DNA of 64,000 nucleotides, taken from NCBI RefSeq assembly GCF_026210795.1, contig NC_089436.1:434001-498000 (forward strand), in the 5' to 3' direction. The notes under the pieces are model-generated. The model ran no database searches. It worked only from the letters and a program-made list of their open reading frames with translations, and was not told the origin of the DNA. Shown here piece by piece: positions 49,960 through 62,082 of this stretch. The stretch's first letter is position 1; every line of letters begins with the position of its first letter. Position numbers and translations under genes: made by a program. Source of the DNA: Rhizophagus irregularis. Its lineage: Eukaryota.

Positions 49960-50270
49960 CATTCAGTAGGAAAGTATACGAGGATGTGGATGAGCTGGAT
50001 GAGCTCAGGTCGATTATAATAATCTATTGACAAATAAATTCTATCGGAGATATGTTTTTTGTTACTTTAAGAGAATTAATTAATTCATTAACAGAATGAT
50101 GAAAATCCACTTTATGAAGAATGAGTAGTTTGCTTGGATCAATACTTTTAAATTGAAATGGCCACCGTTCCTTAATCATGTGCCTAAAAGAGCCAACCCG
50201 TTCATCAGTGGATATCTTATGAAATGTGAATTTCACCTTAATTTATATAATATATAAACTAAGGTTGCTT
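49960..50270 (-). pseudogene. Crinkler (CRN) N-terminal ubiquitin-like domain remnant
   Basis: FHKISTDERVGSFRHMIKERWP.QFKSIDPSKLLILHKV (LWKV-like) and, after a frameshift near 50035, LIHILVYFP (HVLVxxP-like). Confidence 0.6.
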
Positions 50271-50586
50271 GCCAAAACCTAGGGGTTTAGTACTGTGAAG
50301 ATATCGTTAAGTAATTATACAGTTTAGGGTAAATTCACCAATCGTATTATAAATCCTATATTAGAATTCAAAGTCAAACAAAACATTATAAAAAGAGATA
50401 CTTACGAAAAATTCGTAAAATTATCCATAATTTATTTTATTTTTGAGTACATCAGTACAGCATTTGTTGTGCGTCGAACAATATTTAATAAATACGTGAC
50501 ACATTTTCGTCCAATCTTTCGGTCATAATGACCATATTGAGCATGACTATTGAATTTGTTTTGACGATCAAAATATGCATCTTTCT

Positions 50587-51180
50587 AGGATCCGTTCAAA
50601 ATCCCGAAACTGAAGGTACATTATCCGACACTCAAAATCCAGAAATGTCAAAATCCTAACTTGTCCTGAATTGTCATAATCCCGAATTGCCATAATCTAA
50701 AGATGGTCATCGGTCCTAGGACTGCCGGTCTTAAGACCGGACCGCGGTCTATCGGTCTTTTCGGTCCTAGCTGTTCCGGCCAGAATTACAAGTATAACAC
50801 AAAAAATTTTTGCGTTACAATGCCAGAACCAGTAAAAATTTTTGCCGGTGGCCAAATTATACTGATCACGTGATTTCAATATTTAGTAATTCCGGCCGAC
50901 ACTATCTGGCCAGAATTAGCCCAGGACCAGTCCTACGCGAGACGGTCCGGTCCGTCTTTTTGGGTGTAGGACCGATAAGACCGCGGTCTTCTAGGACCGA
51001 TGACCATCCTTACCATAATCCTGACACCACATAATACTGGTTTTCTTTCTTTTATTATTAAATTTCAAGATTTTTTTCATCTCGGTATTTTTCATTTCGA
51101 GCTTATGAAGTGTCGGGCTTATGAAATGTCAAGATTGTGGCAATTCGGGATTTTGACATTTCGGGATTTCTTACCAAACC
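50587..51180. mobile_element. Mutator-like MITE with AATCCCGA subterminal repeats
   Basis: 9-bp TSD CATCTTTCT (50578-50586, 51181-51189) and inverted arrays AAAATCCCGAA / TTCGGGATTT. Confidence 0.75.
50698..51012. mobile_element. hAT-type MITE nested in the Mutator-like MITE
   Basis: TIR TAAAGATGGTCATCGGTCCTAG / CTAGGACCGATGACCATCCTTA with a perfect 8-bp TSD CCATAATC (50690-50697, 51013-51020). Confidence 0.9.
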
Positions 51181-52257
51181 CATCTTTCTCATTGGGAATT
51201 CTAGTATCTAATAATTTAACTGGTATTTTGAGAACCCTGCTAAAAAAAGTAATAAATTTTTTTTCGGTCTTATGCCACACTAATTCAGTTCATTGTTGAA
51301 ATAATTTTTGTAATTTCTAGGATAACAACCGATTTTGTTATAGTCAAATTTATTTGTAAAAAATTTAACTATCATGTTTTTTTTGAACTCATGTTTCTTG
51401 AAGATAATGCCGGGCAATCTAAATTATTAGATTCCCCATTCTCGTAATCCCGTATCAATTTTTCAAAAATGATAAATTTTATTTTATATATACTGTGTAA
51501 AAGCTTTTTACTTGATGCGTAAAAAAATTTGCCTAAAAAGCATAAAAAAAAATTATAACTTGCTTTAATGTGAGTGAGCTGTTTCTCTTTACTAGACGAA
51601 CTTTCTATTCCTTATACGGGTTCTATGTACCTTTCGTTGTTTTCTTTATTGGCAAATTTCAGAAGACATTCTAGATTCTTTCACAATGATTCAATTAGTG
51701 TTTCGGGCGAAACTTCTGAAACTGGCGAAACTAGTTTCATCACTGAGTACAAAATCCAAAACTGGCGTAGTTTCTGAAGCTGGGCAAAGCTTGCCCAAAC
51801 TTCCGTAACTTCCGTAACTTGACAAAACATACTTTATCCAGTGTTGGCACATGCCAAGATCATATGGCCTCGAAATATGATCTCTGTCATATGACTATAT
51901 GACATATGAGTTATTTTGTATATTAAAAGTACATGACTTTTATACTGTTTATAAAGAGTAAAGTCCAATTTAAAAATTTATTCACGTGCATGATTTTAAT
52001 TTAATTGGTGACTAAATTTATGCATTTACTTCTTGACCCACATAATTAGTCCGAAGTATAATTAGTCCGAAGTGTAATTAGCCCGAAGTGTAACGAAGAA
52101 CCATATACTTCTACACAAAAGTGGCACAAAAATGTCGTATGTCCGTCTGCACGTGACGCTGTAAACTTTAACAGCACTTCGGACTCCAAGTTGATGTCAT
52201 CAGGAGAAGTCCGTAATTTTGCATAGAAAATCAAGACATGTTTATACACAATGCGTT

Positions 52258-52360
52258 CCCTATAAAAAATTTTTTAGAAAATTGATATGTCGGAGTTTTT
52301 TCGGAATAAAAACTAGAAAATGATCATTTATCGGAGTTTTTCCCAGAAAATTTTTTGTGG
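52258..52360. mobile_element. CCCTATA mini-element, decayed right end
   Basis: The body CGGAGTTTTTTCGGAATAAAAACTAGAAAATGATCATTTATCGGAGTTTTTCCCAGAAAATTTT matches 42794-42896 and 43207-43282. Confidence 0.6.
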
Positions 52361-52826
52361 TTTAATTGATAATAAACTTTTTTCACCGTTTTTGCAGCTA
52401 ACATTTATCCAGAAAAAAACAAATACTGTATCGTGTTTGAAGTAAAAGTTTATTATAATAATATAGATAGGTTAATAGATAGTAGTGTTTAAGGAGCACA
52501 CTTACTTATTCCCTTTCGTTTAACTTAATAACAATCAATTGTCACTTTCTTATAATGTCTACAGAAGACTTTACCTTTTTAACTCTTCCCCAAATGCGAC
52601 TCCTAGGCTATAACTACATCAAAAAAAAAGAAAAAATGCTAGTAAGTCCTTGCCGTATCACATTTCAAAAAAAAAATTAAACTTTCATTTTTTAAATTAA
52701 AATGTTTTATCTGGCTGCGAAAAAAGCCAACGAAATTGTTGACACAATTTGAAAAAGTTGCGTTTGGTTGTTTTGTTATGCTAATATATATCTGTGATAA
52801 AATCACATGCTATCATATGACCTATA

Positions 52827-53056
52827 AACTACCCCAACGGCACCCAGAAAATTCTTCGAACTCGGCCGGCGTTAAGCACTGACACGTGATCGAAGAACTT
52901 AGGATGTGATGAATAAAACGTGACAAATAGAATTTCATCTACTTGAAAAAATAAGTCCCTCAGATAAATAAATATAAACAGTGAAACTCGGACAGGGTGT
53001 GACGATGTGATAAATAAAACAGATCACGTGATCGAAGAATTTTTCTGGGTGCTGTT
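52827..53056. mobile_element. Mutator-like MITE, relative of 10833-11069
   Basis: Starts AACTACCCC, has a 9-bp TSD TGACCTATA (52818-52826, 53057-53065) and shares the core AAGTCCCTCAGATAAAT..AAACAGTGAAACTCGG..GGGTGTGACGATGTGAT. The tip of the right TIR is deleted. Confidence 0.75.
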
Positions 53057-54467
53057 TGACCTATACGACTTATGATTGACTTTGTCATAAGATTCTTAAT
53101 TCTGGCTGACATTATAAATTTAGCCAGAATTACAATTATTATGACAATTTTAGTTTTACAAGTTTCAGAAGTTTCGTTAAGTTTTGGAAATTCTGCAAGT
53201 TTAGACAGTTCCGAAATGGCCGATATCGAAACTTAAAATTGGAGAAACGTTTGGCCAATCGCAGCCCGAAACATTAATTTTAATAAGGAAAAAAGAATGT
53301 ATTTTTAAAATAATAATGTATGTAAATAATACCAACCCAATTTTGTACAGTTATTATCTAGGAAGAAATAATTTCTTTTGAGCAAGAAAGATGTATAGCC
53401 AGTTCCTCATCCAGAATTAGCAGACCTATATAGAAAAAAGGTTACTTCCATAAACTAACAACCATTATTTCTAGAAATCGATTAGAAGGGGTTAATCAAA
53501 ATTTATCCAAGTTATTAGTGAGGAAAGAAGTTAGAAAATAACAACCATCAAATTGTCACCTTGATGATTTACCTAAAAGTTTTTCTAAATATTATCATTG
53601 TTAAACAATTATAAGAAAATAAATCAAATAAATAACAACTAATTTTAATGATTTAATGCTTCTAAATTGTGAATAAAATAGTTTTTTTTTTTGAATTACT
53701 TATCTTTTTAAACATTTGAAAAAATTAATCATATTTTGTGTCATGTGAGAGAAGAGGGTGAAATTAGTAGTTAGACACTTAGATCTTACCTTAAAATTAA
53801 ATTGTATAACTGATTTCAACAAAGATTGATATTAGTAATATTAGTAAATGACTTAATTCGGTAATCATATCATATTTATATCTACCTATTTAACTTATTC
53901 AATAAATTATAGAAATAGTGCTGATATATGGATGTATTAGTTAATTTAGTTATGCGAAGGCGTATAATGATAATGATGTTTTAAATTTCTCATTTGAATT
54001 TTCACATCGTATTGTTAAGAAAGTGCGATAAAAAAATTATTTGAACATTTAATGATCAGTAACTACATTTATTATCTTTATTGATCCAAAAAAAAGTATA
54101 GGAACGCATTTTGAATTTTGCTGGATAATTTCCTTTACTGCTGAATATATGTCTGTTAAAGAAATAATTGTCATACATATATTGAAATTATAATAAATAG
54201 TAATTGACTTGATAAAATTATCATTTGTTACAAATAAAGTAATAAGAAATCTCAGAATGGTAAATAATATTTATTTAATTTAAAATCATACATTCTTGGA
54301 AATTATGCTTATTAAAGCTATAGTACTTATCATAAAAATATTGACAAAGCCGAAAGATTACAACCATCTGTTGTACTCTTTTATTTCGAAGTGAAAATTC
54401 TACTCAAAAATGCGTGTATAAAAATATAAAGAGCATGTTTTAATGCATAGGAAAGTATGTGTAATAC

Positions 54468-56840
54468 TTATAAAAGCCCTATATTCTTAGCATCTGAAAA
54501 CATTTTTGGCGATAATTTTTTTGCTAAATATAGTGCCTCTTTTCTCCATTTGGTTTCTCCTTCATTAAATTTTCCTCTTATAGATCCTGCTAATTCTTTC
54601 AGTACCACGTCCCACCATTCCTTGGCTTCCTTCATTTGATTGAGTCTAACGTAATGGGATGCAATTTTATAGGCAGCATCGCTAGAGAATTGCGACAATT
54701 GAGCTGTTTTCTCGAAATTGTATATCTCCTTAAATACAAGAAGAGATTGAAGGACATTCCCAGTTCTAACATAAGCTTCTGCCAAATCAGACTTTAATTC
54801 AAATGAATGAAATTCTAGATCCGGATGTTTTCCTCGTAGTTCTTTTAATTCATCGATCAATTTTGTTAATTCTTTTATGGGAGGACTATAATTAGCGCTG
54901 ATAAATGATAATTGCATTCGAGGTTCGAGAGATTTCTCATAAGTTTCAAGAATATTTGCTCGTCGAAGCTTGACTTTCTCTGACTCAGATCTATCCAAGT
55001 TGCAAAGTCTACATGAACAACTTTTTATACCATGTAGTCTAAGAGCGTAAGATCGTACTTCATATGAATTCACTGGACTACAATAATTAAGAATCAACTC
55101 TTTACCACTCAAAATAGGCCGACAAGTTCTTATAAACATCATATCTCCAATAACCAACCGGTCAACATTTATATCAACACATGAGTGATTGATATAAGAT
55201 GGCAAGATCCATAACCCTGCTCCGAGATCTTTAGTTAATCGTTTGTTTTCTTCTGTGTGCCATATATCCCAATGTTCCACCAATTCAAAATAATTATATT
55301 TAATAATTTTTTCGATTCTCCTCACATCAACTGAGCATAATAAATCTCCACCAAGATTTTCTACTTCTGGACCAGCATAAAGCTTATAGACTTCCTGACA
55401 AAGATCTGGATCTACTAAAAGTTTTTGGGCAATGCGTTTCGCTAATTCTGAATGTGTAACTGTATTTATGGTTTTGGATGCAAAATCCATACTTACGTAG
55501 CTTAAGGAAGCCTCATTGCCATACACAACTTCGAATGCCTTAGAAACCATCAAAAGAGTGCCTTCAGGAATGTCTCGTTTGGCAACCAAACCTCTTCCCC
55601 TTTTTTTTACGGGACGAATCTCGATATCATCACTCAGAAAATCTGCATGGTCTAATCTTGGTCCTGTTCCGCAAATCCAATCACCACTGTCTTGATTAAT
55701 TTTAATCTTTTCGCAAAACTCGTCAACAATCTTTGTATAATCATATTTTCCATACCGGCTTTCAGAATCCCATATATTCGCATGTTTTAATAATATTTCA
55801 GTACTTTGTTTGATTGAAGCAGTTGAATCATCGTTACCCACTAGCAGCCTTGAAACCAAATCTTTAAGTATGATTATAGCTTCTTGGTAACGTTTAAGAC
55901 CACAAAGAGCTTTACCTTTGCGAAAAGCTGCTTTCAGGTGGCCGGGTTCATGTTTGAGAGCGATCTCCACATCATTGAGAGTTTTACCAAATTGATTCAA
56001 TCGCAAATATGCCTCTGCACGATTGGCAAGCAAAGTGACATTATGTGGCTCTAGTTTGATACCACTAGTATATTCATCAACGGCTGCAGCAAAATCATTT
56101 GAAATAAAATATTTATTTCCACTTTGTCGAAAATCATCGGCTGATAAAATTTGCTTATCATCAGCTGCCATGACATTGATTTTTTTCTCTTTCATCTTCA
56201 GATTATTGAACCACTTTATATTGTTAAGCAGCTCATTATCGTGATCGATAACAATAACTTCATTAGGATTATCTGAACGAATAACAGGGTCAAAATGAGT
56301 ATTAAGACTAGGCCCATCTGGACTAATTATGACGTCAAAACTGGGGATAAGTTGATAATATGGATTCTTGATCGCAAGTTTGGTACCTATGGGTAGAAAC
56401 TTTGATGCCTCATGAATAGAAAGTACCTTTTTCCGATCTTTGACGGGAATAGCTGATTGTTCAACCCAATTATATAAAGCGATTCGGTCAACATTACCCT
56501 CAGGATCTTCTATGAGCGTAAAAAGGGGGTTCATTTTAACACATCTGTTTATCACTTGACACAATAAAAACTTTCCAGTATGTACTTTATCAATTTCTAA
56601 GCTTTCTATGGATATTCTATTATTTAACTCAAGGTTGATAGAATGTTGAAAATTTTGTCTGTATCCGAATTTGTTGGTTGTGATAAAATGCTGAAATTTT
56701 TCACTACGCATTCGTTCAATTTTATTCAACCATTCTTCATACTCTGCTATCAAAACTTGTCTGCTTTTTCTTTTTTTCATAGAATTTTCCAAGAATTCAT
56801 TCATGGTGCTGTTTAAATTATTAATATTAAAGGTGGCCAT
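54468..56840 (-). CDS. TPR + SET domain protein (SMYD-like lysine methyltransferase), single exon, about 790 aa
   Basis: TPRs (DDFRQSGNKYF..AVDEYTSGI..LLANRAEAYLRL), SET motifs RGRGLVAKRDI, GLWILPSYINHSC and ELILNY, and post-SET CSCRLC. The first ATG is at 56840; the ORF track starts upstream at a TTG. Confidence 0.92.
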   Translation of the reverse strand: MATFNINNLNSTMNEFLENSMKKRKSRQVLIAEYEEWLNKIERMRSEKFQHFITTNKFGYRQNFQHSINLELNNRISIESLEIDKVHTGKFLLCQVINRCVKMNPLFTLIEDPEGNVDRIALYNWVEQSAIPVKDRKKVLSIHEASKFLPIGTKLAIKNPYYQLIPSFDVIISPDGPSLNTHFDPVIRSDNPNEVIVIDHDNELLNNIKWFNNLKMKEKKINVMAADDKQILSADDFRQSGNKYFISNDFAAAVDEYTSGIKLEPHNVTLLANRAEAYLRLNQFGKTLNDVEIALKHEPGHLKAAFRKGKALCGLKRYQEAIIILKDLVSRLLVGNDDSTASIKQSTEILLKHANIWDSESRYGKYDYTKIVDEFCEKIKINQDSGDWICGTGPRLDHADFLSDDIEIRPVKKRGRGLVAKRDIPEGTLLMVSKAFEVVYGNEASLSYVSMDFASKTINTVTHSELAKRIAQKLLVDPDLCQEVYKLYAGPEVENLGGDLLCSVDVRRIEKIIKYNYFELVEHWDIWHTEENKRLTKDLGAGLWILPSYINHSCVDINVDRLVIGDMMFIRTCRPILSGKELILNYCSPVNSYEVRSYALRLHGIKSCSCRLCNLDRSESEKVKLRRANILETYEKSLEPRMQLSFISANYSPPIKELTKLIDELKELRGKHPDLEFHSFELKSDLAEAYVRTGNVLQSLLVFKEIYNFEKTAQLSQFSSDAAYKIASHYVRLNQMKEAKEWWDVVLKELAGSIRGKFNEGETKWRKEALYLAKKLSPKMFSDAKNIGLL

Positions 56841-59800
56841 TTCCTTAAGAGCATACAATAATTTGTCTCTATTAACAAGAAGAGGACCGGTAACAGTTAC
56901 AAAAGGCAAAATTTTGTGGTGATTCAAACCAAATTATACAGTATTTAGGAATAATGATGATATCTCTCGTGTGAGAAAATAGAGAAAAACCATCATCCCA
57001 TTTTAATTAAATAGAAACGCCTTATTTGTAATACAAAATAATCCCTCAAAACACGCATCTTTTTGGAAATTTTGCGTCATCTGTGTAACTCCCGGCAGAA
57101 AAATTCTCGCTTTTATAGCAGGTATGAAATTTACTTATATTTATATTATCATGACGGTATTTATTTAAATTTGTGACTTGAAATTTGAATAGCAATTAGA
57201 AAAAGCCATATACCTCCGTAGGTACGGCTTCGTACAAATTTTACAACGAATTAATTACCAGTAGTAATATTTAAATCAATTCGGAATGTAATAAGGTCAC
57301 ATGGTATTCATTTTTCCCGCGATGATCCCTTCATCCCAGCTAAATTGTTATTATCAGCCTGTATATTTCATTCCTTTTTTCTTTTTTTACAAACTTCTTC
57401 TTCACGCATTCATAATTATAATTAAAATTTTCCTCGTCATATCATCATTTTTTTAATACTGTACATACAGTAATACAGTTCATATGTTTATAATCCCGTT
57501 ATCTTCATTATTTAAACAAGGTTAATGGTATCATTCTGTAAAAATCTTTTTTTAATAACTATTTATGTGACACCACACACGTTTTGCAGTATATCTGCGC
57601 CACAAAAGTATATTCGATGGTTCAATCAAAATCAAGAAGAAACGATCAACTGCGTGATAGTTCTCAGCTTATTCTCTGTTGAAAATTGAATCCGTATCTT
57701 AAGCATTATTATCTAAACATACTTTGGGAAGTGTTGTACTTAATTCACGCAAAAAAAAGATAGAATATTTTGAAATACAGTATGTAGATATAATTTACAA
57801 GCATATGTTAATTTAGTTTAAAATATTACTAAGAAAATTAGTAGATATAATTAATTACAATTCATAATAAAAGGGCGATTATAATCCGAAATAATTTGAG
57901 AATAATATGATATCAGAATATTTTATAATCATTTGTCAACACTTTGTTTTACTTGTTGAATCGGTTAAAATTAAATTTTGAACTTTAAATCTATGATACT
58001 TCTCCATATATATCATTTCTTTAAAACTTAATTCTTTTTATTTATGTCCTAAATATTATTAGCTTTTCATTTATATAACATATATTTATTTGCAAATTTA
58101 TAGTGGTTTTATAAATCATAGTCGGTATACTTCTTATAGTCGACATACTTCTTATATTAAATTCATCTTATTCAAGATAACTTATTAAATTCGACTATTT
58201 TAAAATTTCACACAATCATCCTTGAAAAGAAGTACGAGTCCTTATACTCGTACCGCAAGAGAATATATTTTCGGTTATTAACAATAAGTATATGCCAAAA
58301 AAAAGATCACGTATTTCTTTCGTTTTAGCAAGATAGACACTATTATATCGCATAAAATAAAATTTTGTTCATATATATTATGCAATTATATGATGACCTT
58401 ATTATATAAAATAATCCTTTGTTGTGGCTCTTAGAACCTGATAAACCATTATGACGAAATAAAAATGATTATTTATAAGACATGATTTCTCTAGAATTTA
58501 CCGGCAAAAATTTGGAGATTTCCCAATCCCATAATTTGTGGATTTTTGATAACAATAAAAGTGTATCTTCAGATCACACGTTTTCTGCTCATTAACTGGC
58601 TACGTATTCCTTTTTTTCGAAAGTAATAGTATTTATTATACGAGTGATCAGTTTTTATCAATAAATAGCGGGTTTTGGCGCGACATAATTAGATATTTTT
58701 CAAATTTAAGGAAGGGAGAATTTTTGGCGTAGTAAGTTGGAAGTAATGAACTAGATGAAATACTTATCAATTACTATATAAAAAATTTGTATGAACAAAT
58801 TTATTAAAGATAATATATTATCTACAATAGAATATTCAATAAAATAGACAAATTATAACATCAATTTAAACGTGCGCGTTCCCAGAGAACCAGTCCATTC
58901 ATAAGTTGTACAAGCAAGATTACTGTTGCCGAAACAGCATATAACTGAAAGGTTTGTAAAATCTGCAAAGGATGAAATGTTTTAAATTGCCGATAAAATT
59001 CCTTTGTTGAATAATTTCTTTTTTTTTTTATTATGATTTTAAGACATAATTTTTGATTGTAAATGAAGATTATTTGCTCAATCGTTGATCGCAATTTTTA
59101 TTTGAATTGATCGTGATGATTGAGCAGGATAATTTTGAGTCAAGGAGAATGATAAACTGAAACGCAAAAAAGTCGATACAGACAGGCTGCTATTTTCATC
59201 ACGGAAATTATATTAGGCTCGAAACTTATGGTCAAGCCGTATTTGTCTTAAATTTTCATTAAACTTTACTACACAACAGTATTACACTCATAGTACAAGA
59301 GAAACAATTATACTATGACGCTATGTGGCCAATCTCAATTGAGATTTATAAATATTACGCTTGTATAAATCATCACTGCAATAGAGTCTTATTTTCTTTG
59401 TGAGTCACATGTTTATATTATTATAATATCAGTTATCTTTGGAGCTAAATTAGTCGACGTTTACTTTCTATGAGCGAAGAGAAATATGTCAAAATTATTA
59501 CTGACGATTATTATGTGTAATATTATATAACTATGAACCATAACTGACAAATGCATCATGTTATGTGTGTGCTTGAGTGAAGATAAAAGATTTGATTCTA
59601 ACTGCACAGTCCAAAGAAGATTCTTGAAGAGTACAAGTATTATAAATATAGTTGAAAGAAATTAAAAAATCGAGTGATAAATGAAGCTGAAAGAAAAGTG
59701 TATTTCAGAAGGTCAGCTTATTACCGAATTACTTAAAATACCAATTGATTTGCACGAATTGGTTTATTCTGATTGTGTTATCATATTACTATATTAATGT

Positions 59801-60265
59801 ATATTCTTAGTCAATATGAAAATCCTAATCAAATTTAACAAATTTTTATTTTCACATTAAGCAAGATATTTTCATTGTTAGATGGCGCCCCTAAGATTTC
59901 GGTTTAAATCAAATGTATAAGAAAGAGGTCCCATCAATTTCAACAACACTATATTCAAATAATTCGAGAAATACTTATTGATACTTTGTTGGAAAGAATT
60001 ATTAATAAAGATAATTGTGGAGAATTTTTTATTGTGAAACCATTAGGTATCGGGAAAAAAATACATTAAGGATAGCAGAGTGTCCACCGGGATTTGGATT
60101 ATAACAACTGGCTAAATTAATATTTATAATAAAGTGATTTACTTATTATTTATTAAATTTAATAAATAAAATAAGCGATAATACGCAAATACTTCATAAA
60201 AAGAAAGAAAATGTATACAGTTAGAATCATTATACAGAATACCAAAAACATTTTTAAAGCTTATA

Positions 60266-60656
60266 CAGTCGCCACTGGTTATAACGAACCTGTTTGTACC
60301 GAAATCTCGCCGGAATTTCCAAAACCCGATTTTTTATAAATAATTTCACTGGATATAACGAACTTTTATAATAAAGCACTATATAACGCGTCCGAACCAG
60401 CCCTATATATTAGCCATATATCTTCTATAACGAACAGTCATGTGACTATATACTAATCCAGGCCAAATTTATAGTGCCGGCCGGGATTATCAGTAATTTT
60501 TTCGAAAAAAAAATTTAAAATTATAATTCTGGCCAGAACTACAAATTTGGCCTAAATTGTCCAGAAGTTCGGTATATTATATAATGAATTCACTATATAC
60601 CGAACTAACCCTCCTGGAACGGAGGGTTCGTTAATCGTTACATCCAGTGGCAGCTG
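60266..60656. mobile_element. pogo/Tc1-mariner-type MITE
   Basis: TA|CAGTCGCCACTGGTTATAACG ... CGTTACATCCAGTGGCAGCTG|TA, with internal TATAACGAAC repeats. Confidence 0.8.
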
Positions 60657-62082
60657 TAAATTTTATACCTTTAATTCTCCCAGACTTTGTCCAAAGCATG
60701 CGAAATAAGACTAACAGTTAACATGCAAAAATTTTATATAAAAAAAAATATATTAAATATTATGTCTAAAATAAACCTTTAAATGTTTGTTACAACGTCG
60801 ACTCAAAACTACTGTAAACCAAAAAAATAAGATATTCTTTATTTCACATTCGCCAAAAAACACAAGATATTCGCGAGGTTTTAGAAGTTTTCTCAAAAAT
60901 TTTTAAATAAAAAATCATTTTTTAAGTTAGTTTAGTATTGTGGCTTTTTTAATCATAAGAATTTTATCCCTTTTATGTTAAATATTACGAAAGTTTATAT
61001 TGTACAGAAAATTGGTATTAGGGAGCATTTTTTCTTGGGCATTTACTATATTGTAGATCAATATTCTACCCTTAGGGCGAATAAGCTGGATTGTGCATAA
61101 GAGGATTGGCTTGAAAATTTGAATTTGAAATAAACATTTGATCATATCGGTTTGTGTGCAAAAGTCACAAAATTAAATATGACCGGAATGGTGAAGCGAA
61201 CAGTAGTTCGGATGATTGCTAGATAAAGTTATGTTTCTTTTTTGAAGTATGACTGGATTTTGTGATGTTTTATTACATAAAATAACATGTAAATTAAATT
61301 ATAATTGCGTTAAAATGCTTAACGTGAAATTATGTAATATTATGGATGTGCGACTTATTCATTGAAAATACAATATATGTTTTTTCAAATTAATGTAAGC
61401 TCGTGCGCTGGATTTTTCAACCACATTTTATGAAATGATAAACGTTAATATGACGGTCTACTTATTTTATTTGTTGCAGCATTTAATAAAAAGAATTAGT
61501 GGTAAATAGATTGAAATTGAATTTATTAACTTACAAATATAGGTCAAATAGATTATAAATTCACGTATAAGTAAATTTTATTTTTTTTTATTTTAATAAT
61601 AGTTCGAATTTTTCGGTATGTTAATTTGTATAATAATATTGCTAGAGAAAATATATTTAAATATTTATGTTAAATATAGTATAGTCATAATGAAAAATTT
61701 GTTAAAATAATAAAATATGAATTAATAATTTTTGTATAATATTTTTTTTAATATTTTAGAATTATAAAAAGTCATAAATGGAAATAAATTTTATAAATAT
61801 TGATAAATAATAATAATACAAAGAAGGATTAATAAGAATAATAAGGAATAATTTAGTATCATCTTAACGTAAAAGATGATCACTCCTGTAAACAAAAAAT
61901 GTGAAACAGAAAGTACTTTTACAAATGCATAAAGGCTGAATGTACAGTACAAAGTAGATCATACTAAAAGTTCATAGTTACGCAAACACATTTCGGAGTT
62001 AAGAATCCATTATAATGCATAAAATAGTCATTTTCCACTGCAATTCATAATTTTCCTCTTTACATTAAAAATTTTTGGCTCT

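Noticed and set aside
43411..51299. ORFs at 43411, 43491, 49180, 50697, 50810 and 51000
   Set aside because: They lie within GC-richer MITEs and show no protein motifs.
51696..53276. Large hAT-like element bounded by TAGTGTTTCGGGC / GCCCGAAACATTA
   Set aside because: The TIR match is suggestive, but the 8-bp flanks agree at only 5/8, so the ends may belong to different copies.
12861..56244. Antisense or overlapping ORFs (12861, 16332, 26819, 27277, 37113, 44581, 54457, 56023)
   Set aside because: They are shadows of better-supported coding regions.
56841..56927. N-terminal extension of the TPR-SET ORF
   Set aside because: It depends on a TTG start; the first ATG is at 56840.
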